Part shown: positions 39,579-51,964 of the stretch, piece after piece
Layout: every line of letters starts with the position of its first letter
Numbering within the stretch: position 1 is the stretch's first letter
From: Octopus sinensis
Taxonomy: Eukaryota
Assembly (NCBI RefSeq): GCF_006345805.1
Contig: NC_043001.1
Location: forward strand, 77,500,001 to 77,564,000
Length of the DNA stretch: 64,000 nt
Reading direction: 5' to 3'
Position numbers and translations under genes: made by a program
Notes under the pieces: model-generated
What the model was told of the DNA's origin: nothing
Database searches by the model: none
Seen by the model: only the letters and a program-made list of their open reading frames with translations

Positions 39579-39730
39579 TTCACCTCGATTACATATTTGC
39601 GTTCCCTTGGTGATATATTTCTTTCACCTCGATCATATTATTCACTTCACCTCGATTATAAATTTAATTCACCTCGATAATATGTTTTCTCCCCATGTGA
39701 AATATATTTGCTTCACCTCGATTATATAAT
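39579..39730. repeat. Minisatellite of TTCACCTCGAT core, about 5 copies
   Basis: TTCACCTCGAT recurs with AT-rich spacers of 10-35 nt. Confidence 0.75.
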
Positions 39731-40329
39731 CACCTTTGTGCAGTCACTGGTGTACTTGGCTATGTTTCTAAATATTTGTCTAGAAAAAGAAAACTAACAT
39801 TTTCAATGAAAGAGAGAGGGAAAGAGAGCGAGAGAGAATAAGAGAGAAACAAGGAGAAATAGAGAGAGGAAGAAGCGCATCTTACTGATATTTTGATCAT
39901 TGAATCTATAAGTAGCTCAATGGAAATTGGCAAAGCATCAGTGACATTCAAGTCAGAACACTGCCTTGTCATCTACATTACAATGGTGGCACGTTGTTTC
40001 TTAGTTATAACTTCCCTATTTATTCAAGTAATTCGAAGCAAGAATAAAAGGAAAATGAGCATACACACAGACAGACACGCGCACACACACACACACATTC
40101 ACAAACAGACATACATGCATGCATACATAAACTGACGTGGATTCTCCAAATCTAATCTATTGGTGGTATAGTGAAGATTTGTAAGGCGTTTCAAAAATTC
40201 TCCGTCTGAGAATCTTAAGTGAATAAATAGATGCACATACTTGGGTGTATGCATCGACAGTTCAATCAACACCGCAACTATACTACATATTTACAAACTC
40301 TCTTAACTTAAAAGAAAACTCTTGTCGCT

Positions 40330-40467
40330 TTGTTAGCGGCCGGCTTGAACTCTCTCAAGAATAGTTTGAATAAAACTTAAAGAAAAACGCATACATATAT
40401 ACATGCATACCAACACAAATATATTCATACATACATACATACATACATACATACATACATACATACA

Positions 40468-40499
<32 letters not shown>

Positions 40500-40855
40500 C
40501 GCACCTACGAAATCGAATGACTCTGTTTCAGAAGAAAGGCAGAAGTGACTTCATATCAAAGAAGGCTTTCCAAAGGTTTATTGAATATCACTTAGTACCT
40601 GATAAACAACAGCAAAGGTAATTATATCTACCAAGTGGCGAAGTCTGAAGAGAAGATCTTACGATATTCAATTCCCGACTATGTTCCGTGCACTCCTAGA
40701 ACTTGGAAATGTATGTATTTATGTATGTATGTATGTATGTATGTATGTATGTATGTATGTATGCATGTATGTATGTATGTTTGTATGTATGCATTTTTCT
40801 TTGAGTTTTATTTAAGTTCTTGTTGAGAGAGTTCAAGCCGGCCGCTAACCAATCG
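40330..40855. repeat. Inverted repeat with about 170-bp arms each containing a (CATA)n microsatellite
   Basis: TTAGCGGCCGGCTTGAACTCTCTCAA...(CATA)n versus (TATG)n...TTGAGAGAGTTCAAGCCGGCCGCTAA; about 200-bp spacer. Confidence 0.8.
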
Positions 40856-42039
40856 CTAACCTTATCAAAGATCGTTTCAATACTATTGATTAAAGGCATA
40901 CTTCATCAAGGCCCTTGGGTGGGTCAACCCGATCTACTTATTCAAGCTTAGTGCTTATTCTATCGATCTTTGTTACGAAGCACTATGTTATCGAAGCACT
41001 ATGTTACGGGACCGTATATGACCCAGTATAGCATTAAGAAACTTTAGGTACTGATATGGAACAGAGGAATTCGAAAATGATGTCAATAACAATAGGACTG
41101 GCAGCGTGTCTTCGATACATTCGACTAACCAAAAGCTACCCTAGAAACGGCGACAATTTAGAGGACCTATCTATCGCTACCCACATCACTTTCCCTGAAC
41201 AATTATATATTATTCATCTGTTATATATTATTTATCTGTTACAGGCGACCATAGAAAATATAAAGGCAAATAATTTAAAACAGTAATTTCAGAAGAATTA
41301 TTCTATTTTCTATAAGCTATCATTAGACAACAAATCATTTTTTGACAAAAACAAAGCATCTTTTTATGTCGAAATTTACTGAGAACTAGCTTAAAAGCCG
41401 AACTCCGTGCGGACTTTTAAGCTAGTTCCTGCAGAGTTCTACTTGGGTCTGCGGCCCCAAATTAGAGAGACTTAAATAACCTCTACAATGATTATGTGGC
41501 TTGTTGGTATTTGATCAGACGTTGAAGACAGATGAGATTTAATTCCGTAATTCAATCATTCTATTGTTCCAGTCCCAATTTGAATTCCAACTGTTGGCCA
41601 ATGTGTTCCAAAGTTCTTATCTCAACGTAAAATTAATGAAGCGATGGTCATTTATCTTCCCATTGATCTCTGACTCAAAATGGCGTGAATCAGCCTGCAA
41701 GAAATAACAACCCAAGTGCTTTTAAGTCAAATCCCAATGCTGGATGTTCAAGAACCAAATGAAGGGTAGATTTTTCAATCCCGAGATCATCCTGATTCCA
41801 AAGAGGCATAATATGTCTATGAAGAGCAAATGTAGACTGAGATATACAGGCCCCAGGCGGGTCCCAAACAGAAATTCGCTTTTATTATTATAGATATTGT
41901 TGGAGACTGCATAAAAATACATAGTAGAAGATGTGTTGGAGATCAGTACTTACAAATAAACAACTACTATCTCACCAGAAAAGAAAACAAAGTGACTCCT
42001 GCAGCGTTATTGAATAACGCATTCAGACCTAGGTCTAAA

Positions 42040-42330
42040 TCTGTTATATAAAATCCGTTCTGTCTGTCTGTGTGTGTGTCTTCTAGGATCTCGGGCATCT
42101 TCCATCCTATTGCGCTCAAATTTGATATATGGATAACGACGGTATCAGGACGTGTATAAGTCTTGAAAAAATTACAAAAATCAATTCCAGGTGAGAATGC
42201 GATCGATAAAGCTGTTTTTGTCCTCCTTTTCTTCCGTCAACCTGTACATAACTGCACCTCCATTTTTTGTTGTTTTTGTACTGCTTAAAGGTCCGTTTAT
42301 TTTTTGCCAAGCTTACTGTTTAAACCATGT
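42040..42330 (+). mobile_element. Helitron-like 5' portion
   Basis: A|TCTGTTATATAAAATCCGTTCTGTCTGTCTGTGTG start resembling 38863; 3' end uncertain (CTAGT at 42783 lacks a clear hairpin). Confidence 0.4.
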
Positions 42331-43403
42331 TAGTGCTCTCCCAGTCAACAGCCTTATCATTACTGGTACATTAAACTCTTTGGTTGCATATTTGTGTCAA
42401 TAAAATCGTTTTTCTTTGGAATAGAAAAAAGTCTATCTTTATTTCCTCTTTTGCTGATGTCTCAAATTTAGGTTAAATCAGGGTTTCTCAAAGGAGAGGC
42501 CTATGAGACGGTCGGACAAGTTGTTTTGAGAACACTTGGTTTAAATGTTTGGCAACTCAGCACCGTCCATTGGATGGGGGGCGTTTTGCTCGTAATTAAT
42601 AACTGAATAAGTAATGGTCGAGAATACACGATCAAAATATGTTTCAGTCAAGACCAGTACGTCTTTTGTTTTAAAAAAATGGACTAAAACTACGTTATCC
42701 AGTATGTGTTACGTTTTAAAAAGAGATTAGGATGCAATTCAAGAGAGATTCAGCTTCTGTTTCTTGCAGATTACCAGTCTACTAGTGTTTACTTAAAGCG
42801 ATTAAACCGCTCAGACGGATATCGAATTACAATAAGAGATTGACATTTTTGTACTGACAAATTAGACACTTGGATGACGTCATAATCTGTAAGGTGAATC
42901 CGTTCATCATACACTGAATATAACTGCATCCTACGGAAAAGGTAATTGAAATATACGGAGATTCTTTGCTCCAGATTCTTGGGGGGAAAATAAAATCTTC
43001 AAACTACAAACTCAAGACATTGGTTGCAGAAATTCATTATGGAAGACATAAAAGCTATTTCAACGAATCAGCATTAACGACAAATTTGCTTTTAATCTAC
43101 AAGCTGTATATCAGCGGAGGAAAATATGAAATTGATAAATGAGACTCATAGCTAGAAGAAACACCGTTCAATATCGGACATCTATCTGTCTATCTATCTA
43201 TCTATCTGTCTGCCAGTCTGTCTGTCTGTCTGTCAAACTGTCTGTCAGTCTGTCTGTCCTGCTGTCCTGTGTGTGTGTGTGTGGTGTGTGTGTGTGTGTA
43301 TGTTAGCCGGATTTATTGCGCAGAGCGCGTACCGAAGTATCTGTCTGTATTTATTTAATTTACTTAATCCCTACTTTACTTTATACACACACACACACAC
43401 ACA

Positions 43404-43473
<70 letters not shown>

Positions 43474-43948
43474 CATATATGTGTGTGTGTGTGTTTGTGT
43501 GAGAATAGGAAGATTTCTGTGCGAGTCTGTGAGTCTGTTCACTTCGGCGCATAATCTACTGTTTTACAAGACTAAAACATATTGGACAGTCGGAGTGTAT
43601 CCCATTGAAGACCCGCATCTTACAATGTACATCTATTTCCTTTATTCATACTGGCATTTCTGATACTTGACTTGTCCATTGAAGATATATGCTCCATAGT
43701 TATTAAAGTTGTAACATTTTGACATCTACTGGAAATAGTGACAATGACAGGTTCTTTATTTCACACAAAAAGAAAAAAGAAACTAAGAAAAAATCACACA
43801 CACACACTCACACACACGAAAAGTTATTGAAGATCATTTCAGATACTTTGTGTATTTTATGGTATCACTGTTACCATAAGCATGAGAAATGAAACAGATA
43901 CAGCAGTCAATTGCTCAAAAGTGAACGGAACAATAACTTACGGATCTG

Positions 43949-44164
43949 ACTGATTTCTTTAAGGAATACAGATTTCATAATGATTCTCCTTGCGACAACA
44001 GATGCGTCGAGTATGAGGTCTTTTGGCACAGACTTTATGGTGCGGCATATATATTGTCGTTGATTCGGTGCCGACTTATTTGACTTTACGTGTTCTACTA
44101 TTTCTCCCCCATCCTCGCTTTCTGTCTCGCTCTCTGTTTCTGCGTGAGTATATTCCTTTCTCTG
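43949..44164 (-). other. Candidate internal coding exon (RKEYTHAETESETESEDGG...VPKDLILDASVVARRIIMKSVFLKEISQI)
   Basis: Acceptor CTTGCTCTTTCTCACCTCATACAG, single open frame, donor ATCC|GTAAGT; no family recognised with confidence. Confidence 0.3.
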
Positions 44165-45554
44165 TATGAGGTGAGAAAGAGCAAGTGTATATGTCAATCG
44201 TGTTGAATTAATATGTCGTGTAATGCCTCTCTCTAGTCATCTCTCTCTCTTACTCTACGCGAGGCTGTGCGAGTGTATATGTGTAAGTGTTTGCATCCAG
44301 TGCCAAAAAGTACTGTCGCAAAAATAGGCTGAATGCTTAGTCAACCGAGACGAAATCATCAACGCCCAAAAAGCTATGTCGATCGTCTCACTCCAAGAAT
44401 TATTAGACTTAGTGTACGTAAAAAAAACACATGAAGTGAAAAAAAAAACAACATTGCGTATCAAAAGTCAAATGCAAACCAGTATGATGACTGCAAATCT
44501 GAGAATAATTCATACATCGACAAAACTTTTAGATTCGCTTGGATTCGTGACAATTACAACAGGTCACATTTTTAAGGTCATACTTTATCCATCCACGATC
44601 AGAAGATAGCTGTTTTTAGAACAAGAAATGGCTAAGCGATTAAAAACGCCACTATGCGATTGCATATGGCATTTATGGAATATTTCTGTGAAAGAGATTA
44701 TGCATGTTATCAATATCTGCATGGAAATGCCATTAAGGTATTGCTTTTCAATATATTATGATGGTGGTGCTAAAAATATATATAAAGTGCCATCCAAAAT
44801 AAAAATCACTCTGGAATAAATATGGCAAAACATATTCCTGTTATTACACACATAAAGACGTTTCAACTCAAGAAATAATGGTGGATCATTTATCAAAAGT
44901 TCCTTCTGCTGCAAACAGAAGATCCGTTGTAATTGTTTGGAATAGAAAAAAAATTGTAGAGTTATGGAGGTCCGCTACCTTGCAGGCGTAGACTTTACTT
45001 TGAACATTAGCAAGAAAAAGAATATAGACAGCTTCTCTATGGATAAATTATAACCTTAACAATGTGACCTGTTAAAATTTTCACGAAGCTAAGCGAGGCA
45101 GAAATTCTTCCCAAGATTAGAATTATGCTTGGATTTACAGGTATCCTATTGTTTCATGTTAGATTATAATTTCACATTTGTATATATAGTTATTGGAGCA
45201 CACCTCTCTTATTAAGTACTTAAATGGTTATTTTGAAAATTTGGGTGATTTTAGGCGAACCAGGGAACATTCATTATATTACGACAACCTATGAGCAGAA
45301 CAGTAAAATATAAATGTGCAAGTGTTTAGTGAAGTTTGGCATGCAGCGCTTCATTGTAATCTGAATTCCAACTATAAAGCTTTATTTTTCTGATTAGAAA
45401 AAACCCAACTACGACTTGATTGAGAAATTCAAACAGATAATAATGGTTACATACAACTATAAATACACACATTCACATACCTAATAAATGCTTACATACA
45501 AATGTAGAATGTATACATATTTTAAATATATTTGAGTATATTTTAAGTAAAAGC

Positions 45555-45725
45555 TTTCGCTAATCATGACATTGAAATTATTGTAATTTCGTATTTTCTT
45601 TAGAAGATTTCAGTCCATGTTCCTGTATGGAAGTTTGTGAATAAATCAACAAGTAGGAAAATCTAAGGGAAGGTAACTGAAGAAAATACGAAATTCCAAT
45701 AATTTCAATGTCATAATTAGAGAAA
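45555..45725. mobile_element. MITE, about 45-bp TIRs
   Basis: CTAATCATGACATTGAAATTATTGTAATTTCGTATTTTCTT versus AAGAAAATACGAAATTCCAATAATTTCAATGTCATAATTAG. Confidence 0.75.
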
Positions 45726-45805
45726 TCGCAATCGGTCGACAAATGCAATATTCTTTCTTTTAGAATATATTAAAACTAAACTGTGTGCATTTTTCCTTCT
45801 TTTTT

Positions 45806-45857
<52 letters not shown>

Positions 45858-45916
45858 AACTCACTATGTGGGGCTAACTGAAATTCTCTTCGTCCGTTTT
45901 TTTCAATATATATATA

Positions 45917-45993
<77 letters not shown>

Positions 45994-46282
45994 TAATCAT
46001 CTATGTACCATATTTAACGTATATACTCCATTGATAAGCAAGAAGCTGCAGTTTTCGTCCGAGAAGAACTCTTATAAACATGGTGAAGTAAAAATATAAT
46101 ATATATATATATATATTATATATTGGAGGGAAGTGAAATACCACCCTAACACAGACAGACACAGACACACGCGCGCGCAAGCTCACGCACACACACGCAT
46201 ATGCACGCACGCATGCACACCACACGCACGCACACACAGACACACGCACGCACACACAAAAACATATATATATATGAATATA

Positions 46283-47098
46283 CTAGCTGTTGGAGCCGGC
46301 GTTGCTTGGGGTTTCCGTGTTGAAATCAAGCCCACCCTGACTTTGTATTGAAATCTGTGTTCCTCGTGCCAACTATTACCCCCGTAACTTTTTCATTATT
46401 GATCAGATTTCAATGAAGTTTTAGATGTAAGTCAAGGTTGTGGTAGGGGTGATGCATCAGGTATTTATTTAATTCAAGAGGACTTGAAAAGGACGCAAAT
46501 ATAAATAAGCATTTCCTTAGAGACTATTCTATAGATTCTGTTGAAATCTTACACGTGATTACAATTCATGTCCGTTAGTTAATGCCAACTCCGGAATTAT
46601 ATGAAAAGCTTTTCCGTTTCCCCTACCACAAAATTTACCTAAATCTCAAATATCTTAAAATCGGATGAAAAATATAAATGTTACGGCCCAAAATAAAATC
46701 ACTATGGGTATTTGCATGGAAAAAGTCTATTAATTTTATAAAACCACTGCTCAGGCGCAATTATCTATTTTTGTCAACGCCATACACTGACATCTACTCA
46801 ATGCCATGATCCTAACTCACCGATTTTCATCAAAATCGGACAAAAAGTGAAAAAGCTGCGGGGAAATGGCATCATTATGGGAATTTCCATTCAAACGCAC
46901 GATTGAGCTCACAAAAATCGATGCCAACTAAGCAGTGTCGTGTGTTCGAAAAATTCCGGCCTTATTTGAACTTCAGGGCCTGTGATCTACCTATGTTCCA
47001 AAATTCCTTAACATCGGTTGGACGGCGTGGTAGGAGTTAGAGTAACCCTAAACACACACAGAGACAGATACTATTACACATTTATGTATCTAGATAGA
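46283..47098 (-). mobile_element. Non-autonomous Helitron (about 816 bp)
   Basis: Minus strand A|TCTATCTAGATACATAAA 5' end; 3' CCCCAAGCAACGCCGG..CAGCTAG|T. Confidence 0.7.
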
Positions 47099-47133
47099 TA
47101 TGTATACACACGCGCGCACACACACCACGCACG

Positions 47134-47197
<64 letters not shown>

Positions 47198-48533
47198 CGA
47201 ACAAGCCGAAAAGGATAAGTAATTATCAGAATTTAGAAATTACAGAACTGGAGTGCAAATTGATCAACTAACACATTAATATTTTAGCCAATTATCACGT
47301 GAAACTCTGCAGTAGTTGTTTGTAATATTAAACACTTTTGAAAGAGACAACCCGACTTTTAATTTCTTGAATACTTAGCCTTCATTTGAAATTCAAATCT
47401 ATTTTAATCTAAATTTCAAATAATCTAAAACCCGGCGTCCTCGGACGTTTTCATTAACTGTTTTCTGCATTTACTGAAGGCGGGTGGTCGAGTGTTTATG
47501 GTGTAGCACTCATGATCGTGAGTTTGTGATTTCAATTCCAGGACCGAACTGGAGGTTGTGATTTCGGGTAAAATATTTCATTTCGAGATGCTCTCAGATC
47601 ACGTCGACATCTAACGAAGTGAACTAATGCACAGCATACACGTTTGGTCACTATAAATAATTCATTTGTACACTTTGTTTAACAAACAAATTAAGGACCC
47701 TTCTTATATAGTTTACAAGAGACTGCACTCTTTTCAACAGTGATGGCAAACAAATACAGAGCGTACAGTTCCCTTGAACTTGTCTCGAAGTTACGTTTCT
47801 TACTTGCTCAGTCGTGCAACGATATCAACAATCTCGTATTATTGTCCCAAATAGCATCATTTATCTCTGTTGTGTTTCTTTCTGGTGTTGGGTTGTTTTC
47901 ATTGTCTGTACCGTTCTACAATGATTGATTTTCTGGCAAAACGAATTATTTTCCAGAAAATTTCAAAACAAACGTAATACGTTATAACTATTAAATATTT
48001 ATATATACAAAATTTGTCTATACAAATATGTTCCAAATTACAAGAGACGTAATTATTCACTATTTTTTCATTTTAGTAGACCTTTAAGCAAACTGAATTA
48101 CTTTTTCAGATAAATACAAAACATTCGTAACCATGGTTATGCCTTTTATATAATTATGTACATATGTATATAAGTATGTATATAAGTATGCATATTTGTA
48201 TGCGTGTGTGTGTTGCTATACATACACACTGACACACACAGACACGTATGTGTATAAATTAGGTTTTTGTATATGCAAATATGGTAAAAAATTAGTCAGG
48301 ATGTAGACGCTGATGCGGTAAATTTTTCACTGTCAAAAATAAGATAGATATTTGGGTTAGACTATCATTTAACAAAAATACGTATAGTTTCCAGTTTCCT
48401 AAATATAGAAAAATCTATAACTTCCTTGTCGAATAAAGCACACACACAAACACGCACACATACACTCGCACGCCGCATACATATATACTCATAAACCGTA
48501 GAAAGACAGGAGATATGAGAGTTGAATATATTG

Positions 48534-48633
48534 NNNNNNNNNNNNNNNNNNNNNNNNNNNNNNNNNNNNNNNNNNNNNNNNNNNNNNNNNNNNNNNNNNN
48601 NNNNNNNNNNNNNNNNNNNNNNNNNNNNNNNNN
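48534..48633. other. Assembly gap (100 N)
   Basis: Run of N. Confidence 1.
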
Positions 48634-49265
48634 TTTTGTGGTGTAAATATAACACCTTCTCGTTGGACAATTGTTTACAAATGTCAACGGCCGTCAGCAT
48701 TCGGTTGCTTTCGAAAGTCGGTGGATTCGACGGTCCAACTGCGCCATCGTTTTTCTTGGGGCGCCAGTCTTTTGCCGATCTTTATATTGACCAGTCTCCG
48801 AGTATAACTTCCACGCTTGCATGCAAGCCGTTTTACTGCACTTTAGTTGCTTGCTGATCTTCGAAAAGGAAACTTTTTGCTGGTGGTGTTATACAATTTT
48901 TGTTCTCGTGACTGGACTGAGGTTTCGTTGTTTTCCCATTATTAATCAATTGCATAATAACGTTAAATTATAACACCATATAATGCAGTTAGGCTAGTTG
49001 TGTGACCACCCATTTTGGCAAAAAGATTTGCATACATATTACATCGTCTTAAACAAATTTTGCCGGTAAAGTTAAAACGTTTATATTAATTTAGCATTAG
49101 AATTCTTCAAGTTGTGTAAAAATAGTTATTGTCTGCATCATTCGAAAGAGAAATAAATTCTGTATAAGGTGTAAAAGATAAAAATAATTTATATGGTGTT
49201 AGTAACAAAATATTTTCTAAGAAATAGAACTTTTATCATCGATTTTAAAATTATTTTTGCCAGTG
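48634..49265 (-). mobile_element. Tc1-like transposon 5' portion (rest lost in the gap)
   Basis: TA|CACTGGCAAAAATAATT TIR; minus-strand MGKQRNLSP..KISKQLKCSKT...TGAPRKT..LDRRI..NRMLTAVDI (paired-like HTH). Confidence 0.8.
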
Positions 49266-49283
49266 TATATATGTATATTTGAG

Positions 49284-49315
<32 letters not shown>

Positions 49316-49529
49316 TGTATGTATGTATGTATGTATGTATGTATGTATGTATGTATAAGCAATGCGGTGTAAAATTCGCTTCGTTACCGCATTGTTCCAG
49401 TTCTACTGCGTGAAACATTGAGCAAATATCTTCTACTTGGAGTGAGTTTGGTAAAACGGATCCTGCAAGAAATTCATCGTAACGAAATGCAGTGTCCCTT
49501 TAAGTGATATATATATACATATATAGTTG

Positions 49530-49655
49530 AAATTTATAAAAAACAAAAGACGAAGACAAGAAAATGAACAAGTGAGTGTATTAGTTTGATGTTCGGGGAA
49601 GTGAGAGTATTTTACATTTTGAGCCTACGCTCTTCAGCAGAAAGCAGTAAGAGAA
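49530..49655 (-). mobile_element. Penelope pLTR-like repeat, family 3 (GAA core mutated)
   Basis: Minus strand CTGCTGA-A-GAGC-GTAG-GCTC-AAA-ATGT; inverted partial copy at 49780-49850. Confidence 0.55.
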
Positions 49656-49658
49656 AAT

Positions 49659-49754
<96 letters not shown>

Positions 49755-50338
49755 AAAAAACTGAATAGCGTAGACTCGAAATGTAAAAGCGTTTCTCACT
49801 TTCCCGAGCGTCAAACACTTGCTCGTTGTTCAGACTCCTGTCTTTGTCTTTTATTTTTCTCTAAATTTCAATTATATGTTATACATTCACGTGGTTGCCT
49901 CAGTTTTATCTTGCTTTGACCTCCTACACTTTGGACTTGAATATTTTAACTGCTTCCTGAAATTTCTGTACCTCTCTTCATCTACATGCAAGCACTCCAC
50001 CCAGATTACCACTAGATATACTGACTCGACTTTCACGGATTTCACTGGACATTATATATATATTGTTGCTATAATGCAAAAGTTTCGTAAGCCCAAAACA
50101 TTGCTTTCTCAGAAAACCCCAAAATAGTATCACCATTCCTTAGCAAAACTTTTGTACTACAGTTTGACAATTTTTGACATCTTAGCATCTGAAAAAGCTT
50201 GAGATACGATAGTTTGACTAAAAGTACCGGCTATTGCAAATAAAAATATATATTGAAAAAAAAAAAAGAGCATTTGGCGGCCAAATTTTGACATACGACA
50301 GTTTAACATATAGCACGATATATATCTATATAATATAT

Positions 50339-50460
<122 letters not shown>

Positions 50461-50484
50461 ACATACATACACATATATACATAC

Positions 50485-50517
<33 letters not shown>

Positions 50518-50954
50518 CATACATACATACATACATCATACATACATACATACATACATATACATGAGTATTTGTGTCTGTTTTATCCTCACTACCACTT
50601 GAGAACATGTAATGGCGCGATTACATCATTGTAACTTAATGATTCGCCAAAGAGACTAATAGAGTAAGTACCCGAATTATATATAGAGTACTGGCGTTGA
50701 TTTTCCTGGGCGGCACCCTTGCTTGTCTGCGGGTTCAATGACTGAACAATAGAAAATAAAAAGAGATAGAAGATATACATATGCATATATATATATATAT
50801 ATACATATGCCATATATATATATTAGAATATATATATTATATATATATATATATATTAAGGTATGTAAAAAAACAAAGAAAAATACAACAGGAACAAACG
50901 TATAACTCATAGAAGACGATACATAGACATGGACAGGACATTCGAACCCCTCAG

Positions 50955-51027
50955 TCTTCAGTCAAGAACCGGAATCATCGAGTAATTTCGGCTGATTAAT
51001 CTTGAGATTACTAGATCACGGCCAGCC
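50955..51027 (-). ncRNA. Rearranged (non-circularly permuted) hammerhead-like RNA, family 1 copy 1
   Basis: GGCTG-11nt-GTAAT-C|TCAAGA-ttaat-CAGCC-GAA-ATTAC-14nt-TCTTGA-CTGAAGA. Confidence 0.6.
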
Positions 51028-51210
51028 CCCCCAAGACAAACAAGCTGGAAGCGTAGATTTCCTGGAAGAAGGATCGAATGCATACGAACACCAGGACAGC
51101 AAAAGGGACAGATATAAAAAAAACAAAAAACAATAATGGAATAAGAACATGAAATACCAGAAGCATTAACGGTGAAAACAACAAGTGTCTTACGACTGAT
51201 AACAAGCAAA

Positions 51211-51244
<34 letters not shown>

Positions 51245-51775
51245 CTCTGGCGCATTGGAAAAAGCCTTTATAGCGGCGGACGAAGAACAACGATGTTGAC
51301 ACGACGAGGGTCGGAGCTGAAAGGCAGATTTCGGCCAACAGTCGTGACGAGAAGAGAGAAGAGGGAAAAGAAAAGAAAGAGAAGCAAAGAAGAGAGAGAG
51401 AGAGAGAGAAAAGGGGGACAAAACGCAACAAGAGAGAGAAGAGAGAGAAAGAAGGAATCAGAGAGGAGAAGGGATGGGTGTCGAAGAATGACCTGTGAGT
51501 GCAGAGCGAGACAAAGAAATAGGAGGGTAGTGGAAGACTAGACCAAAGGATCAGAGGAAAGAGAAGATGAATAGAGAGAAAGTAAAAATGAGAGAGAGAG
51601 AGAGACAAACAGAGAGTCGTACCAATTATTAGAATATGTGTCATATTAATGATAAAGGGGGTACGGGGCGCCTGGAATATATGTTAAGGTATGTAGAAAA
51701 ATACAACATGGACAGAAACGTATAACTCATAGAAGACGATACAATAAACATGGACAGGACATTCGAACCCCTCAG

Positions 51776-51847
51776 TCTTCAGTCAAGAACGGATCATCGT
51801 AGTAATTTCGGCTGATTAATCTTGAGATTACTAGATCACGGCCAGCC
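51776..51847 (-). ncRNA. Rearranged hammerhead-like RNA, family 1 copy 2
   Basis: Same stems and core as copy 1; linker 13 nt; stem III extends to 7 bp. Confidence 0.6.
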
Positions 51848-51927
51848 CTCCAAGAAAAACTAAGCTGGAAGCGTATATTTCCTGGAAGAAGGATCGAAGG
51901 CATACGATATATATATCATATATATAT

Positions 51928-51964
<37 letters not shown>

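Larger units (their letters stand above)
50857..51905 (-). mobile_element. Non-coding retrozyme/pLTR-like element: 820-nt unit in 1.25 tandem copies between (TA)n runs (family 1)
   Basis: 50857-51086 and 51683-51905 are about 90% identical direct repeats (estimated by eye); pyrimidine-rich body; TATAAA and 30-nt poly(A) on minus; no meaningful ORF. Confidence 0.7.

Noticed and set aside
44300-44900. Stop-riddled plus-strand frame (YIDKTFRFAW...YLHGNAIK) resembling an IS630/Tc1-type or piggyBac transposase
   Set aside because: Motifs too degraded to assign and no TIRs found; needs a profile search
48534-48633. Apparent ORFs spanning X residues
   Set aside because: They cross the 100-N assembly gap; contiguity unknown
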